Shown here: piece by piece, positions 31,868 through 45,468 of the stretch
How positions within the stretch are numbered: position 1 is the stretch's first letter
Layout: the number at the start of each line of letters is the position of its first letter
Assembly (NCBI RefSeq): GCF_001194135.2
Contig: NC_068987.1
Span: 74,349,522-74,398,694, forward strand
Direction: 5' to 3'
From: Octopus bimaculoides
Lineage: Eukaryota
Length of the DNA stretch: 49,173 bases
Program-made: the position numbers and the translations under genes
The notes under the pieces: model-generated
What the model saw: only the letters and a program-made list of their open reading frames with translations
Told to the model about the DNA's origin: nothing
The model's database searches: none

Positions 31868-34800
31868 GTAAGATATGAAAGTCTAAGGCTAACCCAACAA
31901 ATAATACAATACAACACAGACATATAAAACTCTAACGACAAACATGGTGGGAAACAGAGGGGCCAGTAGGAATAGTTAAAAGAACATACCGGAAAAATAA
32001 GGACTGAGTGGAGAACAAAGAAGTAAAATTAGAGATACCCCTCGCTTTTAAAAACAATTATTTCGATATATATATATATTATTGTCTTTCATTGTTTTTA
32101 TATTTCTATTTATAATCAGTAAATGTTTCTTTTTCTTTTGCATTCTGTTGAAATCGTTTGTTATAAAATGCAAGTTAAACCACAATCAAACGCAGTTTAG
32201 ATTCACTGAAAAAGGGGTCCGTCCAATTTATCGACATCCGCTTCTTTTAAAAAAAATTTCCTTCCCTTCTGTTCTATTCCGTTTTATTCTCAACTAGAAA
32301 TAGCAGTCAAAATATCACTCAACTCGCACGTTTTTGTCTTAAAAAAAATAAACAAATAAAACATTGAGTAATGTAGTTCGAGAGACTTTGTCTGGGATGG
32401 CGTGGTGGAAAGGCAGGATTGGATGGTCATGTCTTGAACAGCTTCGGTCATTGGCCTGCTCAAAATTTCCTTGTTCACTGGTCAAAATACACATTGTATT
32501 TTTATATATTGTTTAGGCACAAGTGTACCCTACACTATTATTATCTATGTGAACTTCCTTTTCTCAGACAGCTGTGATTTGGCTTCTATTTTGAGCAAAT
32601 CGAGCTATCGCGTAGAGGCTCTCGTGAGTATGTGTGTATATATATATATATATATGTACGTATGTATATATCTGTGTGTGTTATGATAGCCATATATCTG
32701 TTGGACGCAACACATTCCGGTATGTATGATCTGAAACAATACTACGAAGTGTTTAATATTTTAACGATGTCTAAGAACTGCGACATTTGTATAAAATGAT
32801 AAATGTACAAAGAAAATCTTATTAAACGCAAGTGGAAAATATCTATTTAACGTGTCAGTCAACACAAACGAATGTTGACAGAAATCGAACAAAGAATGAA
32901 ACGATAGAGATAAGGGGTGAGGTGGAGGGGGGGCTTCAGTTTAAAAATTATAGAAGAGCAGCGAATGAATCTAATTTCAATAACTTGGTGTTATACCCTT
33001 GAGAAGTAGGCATGAATTTTCTCTAGTAAATATTAACTTGTAGCCATCATAAGAAACCAATGACTTGATGATCGGTAAGAAATAAAAACTACCAAAAGAA
33101 AAAAAAGTTGGCAGATTGATTATATAATTATCTTCGAGCTACAATTGTTACATAGATATGATTGGGTGGATGTGTATTGTACACGCTGCTTGTTAGGTTT
33201 GATGCGATAAAAGTCAGCTATTATTATTCAGCCATGGGTCAAACGTGATTAAATGGTCTTATTACTAAAGGTATTCCATTCGTAACCATCCTGTCCGTTT
33301 TTTTTGTTTGTTTTTTACTGCATCTAGAAATAACATAAACCAATGTACTTTTATGACAGCAGGACGTAATTTTCGAGACTTAACTATTTACGGTAGTTGG
33401 AGTGACCACAAAGATTCTCAAAATTAATGCATCTTGGGTTACATTATTTGACTGGAGATGTGTCTTGAGTGTGGATTCAGATGTGAGTAATCAGACAGGA
33501 GCCCTTCTCTCATAAGATACGGTTGTTAGCGAAGGAATCGATTTCAATATCTTTTTGATACTTATTCAATCGATTTTGGCTTTGGCAAGATTTGAACCGA
33601 GAACTGCGGTCCAGTCTGGCGTCCTAATCTCGGACGATACCACTCCCTTACATGTCTCTTATAAATATACCGTTTTTTGTAACAAAGTATTTTACTATTT
33701 TTTTGTCACTAATAATGTAATCACATCCCGTTCATAGAAGTAATAACTGTGTTTATGTAAACGTATCATCGTTAAGCTGTTTAACTGCTGACCACATGAT
33801 CGTAATGAAGAACGTGTTTTGAACAAGGTACATAACTCTGCTTGTTCTAATCAGGATGACTAAGACTAGATTTCGTCATAGGAAGAAAAAGAAGGGCATT
33901 TAACAAAAGAGCCAACCCTTCACTTCAGTAACCCAGGCCATAGAAAATTGATTCCCATAAAGTAAAGACTCTGTGTGTGTGTGTTGAGGTTTTAAAGTTT
34001 GATCCGAGTAAAATAAAATGAACTTTTCGCTGAGTAATGGTAGGATATCTATTTTCCCTGATATGTGCTTTTTTTAAAAAAAAATCTTTTGTCTGAACAC
34101 TACGAGATACTATGTGATTACAATCTCAACCTACCCGTAAACGAAAATGTCTCTATAAAATTTACCAAAGTTACATAGTGGTAAAAGTATAAGTTTAGTC
34201 TCAGGACCAGTCCTGGTAGAGCCGACATTCTAGCTGTTGGACATTGTGTGTCGAGGACTACATTATCCGATATTTTCCTCTCTTTCGGATATAGTATAAT
34301 GTAATTAGAGGGAGATTTGGCTGCTATTTCTTGCCGCTCGATCTATGAAGGCTCTGGTGTCGACCAGATAAGATTCTATCCTCCTAATCCGCATGAACGA
34401 AACTCATGAAAGTATATAATTTTTAGTGAATGCTATTTTACCAATGACTCGTTTCGAATAATTTTCCACATTTGAAAATCGTTCCGTTTTATCAAGTTTC
34501 AAAATGATTGTACGAAAATCTACATTTTATTTGTATATGTAAAAATGTATGGGATTATAGCAAATGCATATATGTTTGCTTGTAAATCAGGCTGCATACG
34601 ATACATTACATATTTACTGTTTTAGACCCAGATTAGTAGAACTGCAAGAGCAGACCTATGGTCAAAGACGTCTCATTTGTGGTCACATCTTATTTTGTTC
34701 GGACATAGTGCATCTTAGACAACATATTGGTTTTATTTAAAACGGGAGATGGAAATTTGGCTTCTATTTCTAACAACTCAAGCTACCACATAGGCTCCGT

Positions 34801-37800
34801 TTCATGCCTAAGAAGTTTTCCTCATCTAGTGTTTCCGTGCTCGCCTGTATATATATATATCTGATCAAATCCGTTCTCTTCGGCCTATTCTGAATATTAG
34901 TAATTTTCCATATAAATGCCTGTCGTTACATTCACTAACATGCCTTTATGTATATTTGTGTGTGCGTGCGTATAAAATCATCTATTTTACCAGAAATTAA
35001 CATAACAGCGGGACGGACTTCTTGTCACTAATTTCAAACGGAAACGGATGGTCTGCGTATTCTTTACCTCTGCCCAAAAACCTTTGAGTAAAAAGAAAAT
35101 GGGATGAATTACTGACGTGAACATTGTAATTTCTATTGGCCACAAATCGTTTTAAAATGAGTTTATGCCAAAAGAAATATATTTGAAGAGGATCTGGCGC
35201 ACATTAGTTTATTTTAATTTCTTCTAAGAAAGTTTGCATCTGAAACATCGAAGTAACCACTGTTCTCCCAGTAATCTAATCTGTTTTATCTTGTAACCTT
35301 TTTCACAAGTATTCCGCATGTCGTATTTCACTTTCATTAGAAAAGCGTTACTTTTCTAGGAACAACCAATGGTAGAGACGGAACCNNNNNNNNNNNNNNN
35401 NNNNNNNNNNNNNNNNNNNNNNNNNNNNNNNNNNNNNNNNNNNNNNNNNNNNNNNNNNNNNNNNNNNNNNNNNNNNNNNNNNNNNNNNNNNNNNNNNNNN
35501 NNNNNNNNNNNNNNNNNNNNNNNNNNNNNNNNNNNNNNNNNNNGATCGAAATTTTGAAATGAGATTTTTGAAAAAAAATTTTCAGAATCGGAATCTCCAT
35601 ACCCTAAAACGTGGGATTCCGTAAAAAAATAATAATAAAACAAGGGGGGAAAGGTTCAGATTACATATAGTCCATCTGGACCATCCGGGTGCTACGTGAT
35701 TTCATGAGCGATCCCGTTGTGCTGTACCTGGGGCGAGTCTCTTCTACTATAGCCTCTGGCCGACAAAAGACACTTTACTGAAATTTAGTAGGCTGAAACT
35801 ATGGAAAGACTGACGGAGAGGCCGTTTCTATTTTGGGGTGTTAGACTTGGTCCCCAGTATAAAAACTTCTTTCTGCCACCAGTTACGGATGTTGCTTTTC
35901 CTCTAAGCAATAAAAAAGTTATTTTATATGAGTGGTTAATTATCTTTACCCTCCATTCTAGTAAATTTTTTACGCTTCTATAGACATTGTAGTAATAGTG
36001 TCACGAACTAGATTCGTACTATTGTATATTTGCCTCTCAATTTGGCATCGTGCCTTGTTTGTTCCTCGAATTAGCGATTGAAAATGTCATCAGATTAGCA
36101 GTCGCACAATCTCTATCTTGTCACAAAATTGATAGCTCACCGTGTGGCGACGATGCCAAATATTTATCTCATTCTGTCAGTAAAAATACCGGCTGAAGAT
36201 TCTAGAAAGTGTTGGTTGAGAGACGGAAGTAAATTTTGTCTCAGATGATGTAGAGTGGCAAACAACAAAACTTAAATCTGTTTTCTGTGCTATGCTTGGG
36301 GTTATTTTGTTGTGCTTTATTACATCGCAAAGATTACTCTATTCCATTTATTGGTAGTTATATATCCCACATAATAACATTAGCAAATGGCAACAGGTGT
36401 ATTTAATGGGAGTTGACAAGTCTGGTCACGAACACTCGGCATCGCTTTACGATGTTTCCAACTGTAGCAATTTTTAAATTCACTCCAGTCTCGGATATAT
36501 AACAGTTCTAATGATATTCTTTAAAAATATTTTAACGATGGGAGTATCGTAACTTTTTTTAAGTAGCTACTATTCTGTTACGTTTCGAGGTGATTACGGA
36601 TGACTTAATTAGCCACGTCGACATCTTTATTAAGTAACAATTGCTAGCAACATCAACATTGCGGGATAAAACTCTGGAAGTAATCCACAGTATAAAGGTT
36701 CAAGTTATTGTAAGAAACCAAAGTGAGAACCTTTACGTGGCCGTTCGACTTGCAAGAAATAACTAAATCTCCCTTAGTTCACAACTTACTGTCTTAGATG
36801 AAGACTTAATGGTTGATTTAAACTCGTGTGTTGCCTAGCATTTCAGCATCCGGTTTCCAGAAAAATATCAATCGTTTCTCATAGAATTCAATTTTATCGT
36901 CTGCTATTTCTTCAACCTTGAAGTTCGTTTCGGTCCACTGACTCGCCATTTTTTGTCATGTTCAGTAATTAAATTGTTACTCGTCCATGTAATAGCTTGA
37001 AGGAAATATAGTTTAATTATTAAAAAAAAAAATTAATTATAAAACAAAACATTCAGATCTGATCTATTATTAATGTAGATTAATTTTATACATTATCAGT
37101 GAAGACAGTGGTCAGACAGAACCAGTTTCGTATTATCATTTTATCATTGTAACTGGAGAACTGATCTTGCTTTCTGAGATTCTTTGTTTTTTTTTTTTAC
37201 CATGTTGATGAAACGAGTCGCATTTACTTATTACAGATCATGAATTATAGTTTGTTTGGTGTTAACGGTACTTACGACAAACCAGGCTAACGTTTATGAG
37301 CGTGTATACAAATGAAAGGAAAAGTAATCAGTCCATGTATTTTTTCTTTGCTTTATTTCTTCATATTAAAACGGGTTAAGTAAGTAGAATCATCGTGGGA
37401 TTGTGGGTATAAAATATGGTCAGATGTTCGCAAGAATGGTGTATATGCTCTAATAAACGTGTATATAATTTATTAAGTAATATGCAAAGCGAGTGATGGT
37501 GTGGATAGTGTTGCTAGAATGGTTGTGTGGTTTGGTAAGTGTATGAAAAACCATAAGATGGTTATTTAGATATTTTTCTCACAAACAGATTAGTTGTTTA
37601 GCTCCCATTCTCTTTTTTTTTTTTTTAATAACTGTGTGTTCTTCCTTAAGACTTGGTGTAGTTTGAAGAAGATTTAATTGCTACTTCTAGTAATTTGAAC
37701 GACTGTAAAGATCAGATTGGATCATTTGAGTTTGTGGTGTGTGTATGTGTACACATTCAGTTTTGAGTGTCTACATAGTCAAGACATTGTTTATTTATCT

Positions 37801-38019
37801 TACCTTGACTATACTTTTGTACAGAAATACCAGTTTGTATAGTTACATCCTCAGATTTATTACAATATTGTTCACATACAGTAGTGGCTTCAACATATGG
37901 TTGTTCACATCTTGTATCATTTCTCTATACCTTATGGTATTTTGTTCATATTTACTAGATGTTAGTGTTTGTTAAATCCCCTAGTTTGGACTATAAATAT
38001 TGACATTTTTATTGTATGT

Positions 38020-38845
38020 ATCATTATCATCATCACCATCGTTTAACGTCTGCCTTCCATGCTAGCATGGGTTGGACGATTTGACTGAGGACTGGTGAAC
38101 CAGATGGCTACACCAGGCTCCAATCTGATTTGGCAGAGTTTCTACAGCTGGATGCCCTTCCTAACGCCAACCACTCCGACTGTAGTGGGTGCTTTTACGT
38201 GCCACCGGCACGAAGGCCAGTCAGGCGGTACTGGCAACGGCCATGCTCAAAATGGTGTATTTTACATGCCACCTGCACAGGAGCCAGTCCGGCGGCACTG
38301 GCAATGACCTCGCTCAAATGTCTTCACATGCCACCAGCACAAGTGCCAGGAAGGCAGCGCTGGTAATGATCACGCTCAAATAGTGCTATTTACGTGCCAC
38401 TGGCATGGAAGCCAGACAGCTGCTCTGGCAATGATCACGCTCGGATGGTGCTCTTAGCGCTCCACTGGCATAGGTACCATCACGATTTCGCTTTCACTTT
38501 CCCCAACAGGTCTTCGCAAGCTGAGTTTAGTGTCCAATGGAGGAGACATTGGCATGGGTGCCAGTAGTCGAATTTAGTTCGATTTCGATTTCACTTGCCT
38601 CAACAGGTCTTCGCAAGCGGAGTTTAGTGTCCAATGAAGGAAAGGTACGCATAAGTGGGCTGGCTACACCCCTGGTAAAGGCCACAGGTTATGGTCTCAC
38701 TTGGCTCGCCAGATCTTCTCATGCACAGCATATTTCCAAAGGTCTCAGTTAGAAGTCATTGCCTCGGTGAGGCCTAAAGTTAGAAGTCATTGCCTAAAGT
38801 TAGAAGTCATTGCCTCGGTGAGGCCTAAAGTTCGAAGGTCGTACT
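38020..38845 (-). mobile_element. 5'-truncated RTE-clade LINE (last RT codons, long 3' UTR, (GAT)n tail)
   Basis: Minus strand: KYDLRTLGLTEAMTSN…*DLWKYAVHEKIWRAK*, then ~65-bp tandem units, a ~97-bp duplication and the tail shared with 8985-9138 and 48953-49173. Confidence 0.85.
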
Positions 38846-38866
38846 TCATATATATAAATATATATA

Positions 38867-39099
38867 CAGGGTTGACCAAAAGTCACCTAGTAAATTAAAA
38901 CTATTTAATTCCAAGATTAAAGGAAAAAAATTATTTTCTGAAACTTTGCTTATAAATAGATAAATGTTGAAAAAAAAAGCAGTGATTTTAACTCACAGCA
39001 TTCAATTATTAAACATTCATAATTGGAATGAATATATAAAATTGAATATTAAGTATTTATGGAATTTTGATCTACTGTCGGGTGACTTTTGACCATCTT
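38867..39099. mobile_element. Tc1/mariner-type MITE
   Basis: ta|cagggttgaccaaaagtcacc … ggtgacttttgaccatctt|ta. Confidence 0.65.
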
Positions 39100-39529
39100 T
39101 ATGTGTTGATGTGTATATACAATAATGTATATATTGATGTGTATGCTCAGGCATTTAGGTAAACGAATACAAATTTATATGCATTAGCTAAAAATTGCTT
39201 TCATTTCTATGATGCAGTGGTTGCATGAGTATTTTTTTTTAAACTTTTCTGTCACACTTTTATTCAGCTCTTGCAATTCCAGGGATACTTTGTGCCCATT
39301 CTAAAATCTGGGAAACACATGGACCAACAATCTTTTTTTTTTTAAATAATGTAAATTATATGTAGATTTTAGATATTATGGGAACTTTGTATATTTTAAA
39401 ATTCTATTACTCTACATAAATAACAGTTCTTTCTTTGCAAATATGGATGATGGGGATTTTTGCACATTTCTCCTTTTGATATTGCCTTGGCAGTTAGGTA
39501 CCCACCTTACCCATCCAATTCTTTAACTA

Positions 39530-39715
39530 TTAACCCTTCATCATTTAAACTGGTCAAAACCAGCTCAAAATATTGTCTCTTGTATGTTCAAACCAGCTGG
39601 ATCTGGTCCCTCACACCTACCCTGCACTCTCATTGTAAAAATAAATAACTACATCATTAAAATTTTGATGCTATTAGATAATGTATGATTCATTCAAAAC
39701 AATGTGAAGGCTAAA
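39530..39715 (+). mobile_element. piggyBac-like MITE (TTAA-CCC end), partial
   Basis: Starts ttaacccttcatcatttaaactgg; inverse copies at 43332-43540 and 45335-45468. Confidence 0.6.
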
Positions 39716-39943
39716 GGAATAGCAAGTGTTTTTGTATAGTTCATCTGATGCTAATGTGATCATAGGTGTTCTTGTTATGATCTTTTAGTAGTGTACAATG
39801 ATACATCAGGTAGGTCATACTACTGTGTGGAGATGCTCCATTGTTGGCTTATAGATCAGAAGTATATATAGAGGGCTATTCCTTTTGTTATTTTATTTAT
39901 TGGAAATTTAGTTTCAACTTCTTGGAAAATTTCTAATACTCAA

Positions 39944-40683
39944 TCTATATAATAATAAAAGTCTGATTGCATGCTTGTCTGTAATTTAATACAGCCAAAT
40001 CAGCACATAATGAGTTAGTACTCTGAAAGTAAGGTACCCCTGAAATATAAATACAAATAGAATAAAACAAGTTTTGCATAAATCGAATCACAGATTCCAC
40101 AAATTTAAGCAATGAAACCTGGAGTTATTGTCCTTTACTGTGAACACCTGGATAGTTTTGTTTGCGTGCTTGCATGTGTGCTTGTCTGTAATTTAATACA
40201 GCCAAATTGATGCATAATGGAAAAATACTCTGAAGTGAGGTGCCCCTGAAATGGGAATACAAACAGAATAAGACGAGTTTCATGTAAATCGGATCATGGG
40301 TTTCCAGGATACAGTTTTTTCAGGTACTTTTATGATTGCCTGTTTGCTTGCTTGTCTGTCATTTAATACAGCCAAACCGGCACATAATGGGAGAAAATAC
40401 TTTAAAAGTAAGGTACCATTGAAATGTGAATACAGACGGAATAAATTTCACATAAATTGGACCACAGGTTCCTGAGATATGTGGGGTTTTTTGGGGTACT
40501 TTTATAAATAGCCAAACTGGTGCATAATGGGGGAAAATGCTTTGAAAGTAAGGTACCATTGAAATGTGAATACAAATGGAATAAAACAAGTTTTGCATGA
40601 ATTGGACTACAGGTTCCCAAGATGTGTGGTTTTTTTCAGGTACTTTGAACTGTTGGTGATCCAACGGGTCACAGGTAGTCTAG
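39944..40683 (+). mobile_element. Non-autonomous Helitron with internal tandem units
   Basis: A|TCTATATAATAATAAAAG 5' end; 3' hairpin gtgatcc-aac-gggtcac (40656-40672) then CTAG|T; A-T target site and no TSD. Confidence 0.85.
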
Positions 40684-41189
40684 TAAAAAATTAGTACCTT
40701 TATGGTCAAAGCCTATTGATGTTTCTACTCCTTTTTCAAACTAGTTTACAAAAATTTACAACATTTCAACCTTGTGTTTGACATTCAGAAGAATTTGTAT
40801 TCTTAGTCATTTATTGATATGTTTGTGTGTAATGTTAGATGTATGTCAGCTTGTAGTTATATCTTGGTGGTAGTTGGATGCCTATTCATATCTTGTTCAG
40901 TTTTGGAAAAGATGCATCAATGAGTGTACTCATATCAAGATTACAACCAGATACAAAGAAATCTAGAGAAGGAATGTATGGAGGTTGAGATCCCTTGGCT
41001 GAGTATAGATTCAAAGAATTTCAGGTTGAAGGGGATAAATGAGTAAATATGCTGTAGACCACGGGCCAGAGGTGAGTGGAGTAAGGTTTTACTTACTATG
41101 ATAGATGGTTACAGTTTGTAGAGCCATAAAACAGAAGAGGTGTATCTGAAAAGAATGGAAGTACAAAAATAGCTTAAATAAAAAAAACA

Positions 41190-42600
41190 TGGCAAGTACA
41201 TGAAGCTAGGGGAGTAGCTGAAAGTAAGAAGTTTGCCAATGTTCAGCAATGTGAGGTATTTCTGATTGCAAAGTAATGTGTTGGTTCAGACTGAGATGTC
41301 ATTGAGGAAACCTAAAACACATTTGGCCTTGCTGATGCCTGAAATGTCGTGAAGTGAATGCATAGTGGAAGGAAAATCTACTTTCAGTGGACCCAAAATT
41401 GGGCTTGCTTATACTGTTGAAACCAGGCTTAAGGAGATAAAGGTAAGAGGAAGCATCTGGACCAGTTCGTCGAGATGCAGCAGTTAAGATACTGAAAATC
41501 TTGCTAGTAGGACAGGTACTTGCAATGATTAATGCAGCAGTATCATTAACTGCCAGAGGAGAAAAGGCAGATGCTCTTGTAAAAGTAATTATAATTTAGG
41601 TTACAAAAGTTGCAGAAAGTTATAACACCACTGATGAGGAAGAGACTCAGTTTAGATGAGATGTTGTTGCCATTGAAGCTCTTTTTCTAGAGAGAAGACT
41701 ACTCAAAAGTAAGCCACATTTTCTATCATTTGTTAACCTTGAGAAGTCCCAGAGTACCACACTCTGGTCTGGTGATCATTATAAAAAACTAGGCATAGAT
41801 TAATCACCCTTTGAGATTCTTGCAAGCTATGTACTAAAATACTATCAGTAGTATGTTAGCAGGTAGGTGTCCATCATGACTCAATTCTTAATTCCCTCCT
41901 ATTTATTCTTGTTCTTGAGGACAAAGCAGGAGTTTAAAACTAGCTGTTCATGGAAAGTCTTTTATATTAACGACTTAGTTTGCATAGCTAAATTTGTTGA
42001 AGAAATTCAAAATGTACAAAGCTTAGAATTGAAAGGCAAATGTTGTTGGTAGCAGGAAAGAAGTTTGGACTTTACTGCTATCTGGGAAGTGGTCGTGTTT
42101 GATACATGGAAAAGGAGTTGATAGGAATTTCATCTTGTCTACTTAATGTATATTATAAGCACACACAAGTTTCATTGGAATTAAGTTTTTGTTTCTTAGG
42201 TGACCTAATTAACAGTTGAGATGTTTCGAAAGTTTAGTAGCCAGAGTAGGAATGGGGTGAAAAAGGTTCAGGAAGCTAACTCTGCTGGTAACAAAAGGAT
42301 TGTCTGAGTGAAGGGGAGATGGTATAAGGCTTGCTTACAAAGAGTGGTGTTACTTGGGAGGAAAATATAGACATGAATGTGGATGATGTCTGTACAAAGT
42401 AAATGAAACTTGTTTATTTCATTGGAGTGAGTGTGCCTAAATGACTGAGCACATATGAAATGAGAGAAAAACTGGACATAGGAAAAATTAAATGTAATGT
42501 GTAAAAGACAAGACTCTGCTAGTATATACAGATGTGATGTGCATGGATGATGACAGTTGGATCAGTGTTAAAATGATATTGAAGGAGACAAGGAAGACAC
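41190..42600 (+). mobile_element. Old, internally deleted RTE-clade LINE
   Basis: Collinear motif remnants across frameshifts: VHEARGVAESKKFANV; D*CSSII.NC…KG.DAL; RKRLSLDEM; LSFVNLEKS..RVP; VGVH.DSIL..LLF; SW..FYINDLV (YADD equivalent); REKLDI…MDDD. Confidence 0.75.
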
Positions 42601-43331
42601 AAGTGATGCAACAAATAGTGAGACTCTTTTCTAAGAGAAGACCAATTCAACACAAGCAAGCATAGAAATGAGGATAATAAACAATTTTTGCAACTGGTTT
42701 TCCATATACGAGAATATCTTTACTGAATAAACATAATATGAATTCAACTTGTACCAGTTGTGATTTACTTTGAAGAACTACTTTTGTAATCCATTTTCAT
42801 CAAATTGAAATAGTGAATATGGTGGCTAACATGTGTATAATCATAAGTGAATTGTGATAAGATCTAATCTTTTAGTTAACTTTGATTCAATGGTTTAACA
42901 TATTTAGGAATTGCAGTCAAGTCGTCAACCCCTCAGTTAAAAAACTAGTTTAACAGATATATTAAATAATATATCTTGTAGATTACATTTTATGAATTGA
43001 AAGGAGTGTTACTTATCTAAATCTTTAATGCCTTCTAAAACTCTGTTATACATGATGATTCAAAAATCCTTTTAGTATTAATATAACTGACAATCTAGGT
43101 CAGAACTTCTTAATGTATGTCATATCTCCCTCTCTTTATATCACTCCCTTAAATTTCCCCTATAGTATTTACCTCCCATCCCATTGACTGTTACATCCCA
43201 GGAATTTCAAGGTAGCTGGCCTGCTGTTTATGTTTCCTACCACCCAGAACCACCACCCTTCCTTGCTAATTGAACAGCCATGCTGAGACAATGCCTTGAA
43301 GGGTTTACTCAAACAAATTCAATCCAGTTTC

Positions 43332-43540
43332 TTTAACATTCAGATTACTATGTCAAATGTAATGCTTATATATTCGCATTGTTTTGAATTAATTGTGCAT
43401 TATCTCATAGCTTTGAGGTTTCAACAGTGTGATTGTTCATTTTTACAATGACAATATGAGGTAAGTGTGAGTGGCTGGATCTGATCAGTTTGAACATAAA
43501 ATAGGTAGATTACTTTGGGCCTGATATGGCTGGTTAAAAT
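43332..43540 (-). mobile_element. piggyBac-like MITE, same family as 39530
   Basis: cattcagattactatgtcaaatg…gtttgaacataaaataggtag…gatatggctggtt. Confidence 0.65.
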
Positions 43541-43541
43541 T

Positions 43542-43780
43542 TGGTACTTATTCTATTGGTCTCTTTGAACCTCTAAGTTATGACACGTCAAGAAACCAAC
43601 ACCAGTTGTCAAGCAGTGACAAACACAAAGACACACAACAGGCTTCCTTCAATTATTGTCTATCAAATGCACTCATAAGGCTTTGGTTGGGCCCAGACTT
43701 TCCCTGAGGTGCCACACAGACTGAACCCAGAACCATATGGTTGGGAGGTAAACTTCTTGGTACACAGCCATGCTTGCACC
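43542..43780 (-). mobile_element. SINE family A, degraded
   Basis: ggtacttattctattgg…ataaggctttggttggg…gactgaacccagaaccatatggttggg. Confidence 0.7.
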
Positions 43781-43799
43781 TGATAATAATGATCCTTGG

Positions 43800-43958
43800 G
43801 AGCAGGGGCTGGTCAGTTACATTGACTCTAGTCCTCTACTTTATTTTGTTGACCTTGAAAGGATGAAAAACAAAACCAACCTGAGCAGAATTTGAACTCA
43901 GAACATAAAGTTAGAAGAAAAACTGCAAAGCATTTTGTCCAGTGTGCTAATGATTCTC
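43800..43958 (-). mobile_element. SINE family B, degraded
   Basis: ttgaccttgaaaggatgaaa…gaatttgaactcagaac…gcattttgtccagtgtgctaatg. Confidence 0.6.
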
Positions 43959-44830
43959 CGAGTTTGCCATCTTTGAGATGGATACATGTGTACATGCGTG
44001 CATGTGTATTTATAAACAAAAAGCTGCCAATTTTTTCTGATGTATTAGTTCTGATATTTTTTCTTATTGGTACCAGGCTAGAATTTTTGTTTTTCTTTTG
44101 ATTTAGAAGTTTACTTTGCAACCAGAAAATTTCAGTTTCCATTCTCAGTGTAGCACTTTTAATGCATCTTCCCATTATAACCTCAGGTTGATCAACTGGA
44201 AGATTGGAATTTTATTGAAACCTATATGTGTATATATAGTGTCTTTGTTTTGACACATTGTGCCTGTTTGTGGCCAACACCAGCAATAAGTTTGGCAATT
44301 TGATGTGTGGAGATGTATAAATAATGTACCTTACTTGAAAAACAAGAGTTATCATTGGTAAGGGCATCCATCTATAGAATGCTGCTTCAAGAATACTGCC
44401 AACATGGAAAAAGCAGGTGTAACCTGATTATATGCACTTGATTTACTCTTCACTCACAATCTTGGGAGGTTGGATGTGAGACAAGGTTAACTTCATTGAG
44501 ATTTTATTTCTGTTTATGAACCACAAAGCATTTTTGGGTTGCTCTACTGTTCTGCCTAAACTCTGGTATTTTATACTTTGAGATTGAAAAATTAAGATAG
44601 TACAAAGATTTTAAAATTGTGATGTCAATCAGTCATCTCTATTAATTTTTTAGAATCTTAGTGACAAATTTTGCCTTTATTTTAATGATTTGTTTTTTAA
44701 TATTGAACTGTTTGTCATTCAAATACATTTTTCAAAATTGAACTTCATTTAGAAGCTATTCTAAAAATTACTTAATCTGAAATGTAGCAAGAATCTACAT
44801 TGTATTGATCATTAATTTACAGTAACATAC

Positions 44831-45090
44831 AACCAAAGCCTTTGTGAGTAGATTCATTAGACAGAAACTGAAAGAAGCTCATATTTGTGTGTGCGTGTGT
44901 GTGTGTGTTTGCATTTGTCACCTTACCCCACCACTTTCCAACCAGTGTTTGTTATGTTCCCATAATTTGGCAAAAAGAGTATGATAGAATGAGCAGACTT
45001 AAAAATACTGGAGTCAATTTGTTCAACTAAATCCTTCAAGATAGTGCCCCAGCATGGCTGCAGTCCAATGGCTGAAACAAGTAAAAGATA
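44831..45090 (+). mobile_element. SINE family A, 5'-truncated
   Basis: caaccaaagcc…gaaactgaaagaagc…(GT)n…cagcatggctgcagtccaatggctgaaacaagtaaaagata. Confidence 0.75.
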
Positions 45091-45334
45091 TATTATCTTT
45101 TATGTATATATTCTGTATATATCTTTAGTCTTTTACCAATTTTGACCAGTAAAATTTGGTGCTTATTTTATCATATTTGCTGAGTCATTGTTACAATACA
45201 TCATCTCTGGTTTTATAGAATACTATATTAAAAAAACATGAGTCTTAAGTTAAACTGTTTATGAATGAGTCACTAGGAGTGGACAACCATTGAGAAAACT
45301 TATGAAGTTAACTTACTGTGTTTCTAAAGAGGTG

Positions 45335-45468
45335 CTTTATCATTCAGATTAATCTGTCTAATGTACTCTTTATTCACATTGCTTTGAATTACTCATGCAT
45401 TATCTTGTAGCTTTGAGATTTCAATGAAGTGATTGTTTATTTTTAGAATGACAATATTAAAGGGTTAA
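45335..45468 (-). mobile_element. piggyBac-like MITE, internally deleted
   Basis: cattcagattaatctgtc… ending aaagggttaa. Confidence 0.6.

Noticed and set aside
32290-32478. Minus-strand 62-aa ORF with an acceptor-like site
   Set aside because: It overlaps a dispersed repeat (ctagaaatagcag… also near 17790, 27540 and 36740), and the peptide is not recognised.
36387-36416. ATGGCAACAG|GTGTAT as an alternative VCP exon 1
   Set aside because: It gives phase 1, incompatible with the phase-2 start of exon 2, and the donor is weak. The same phase problem applies to ATGTTCA|GTAATT at 36958.
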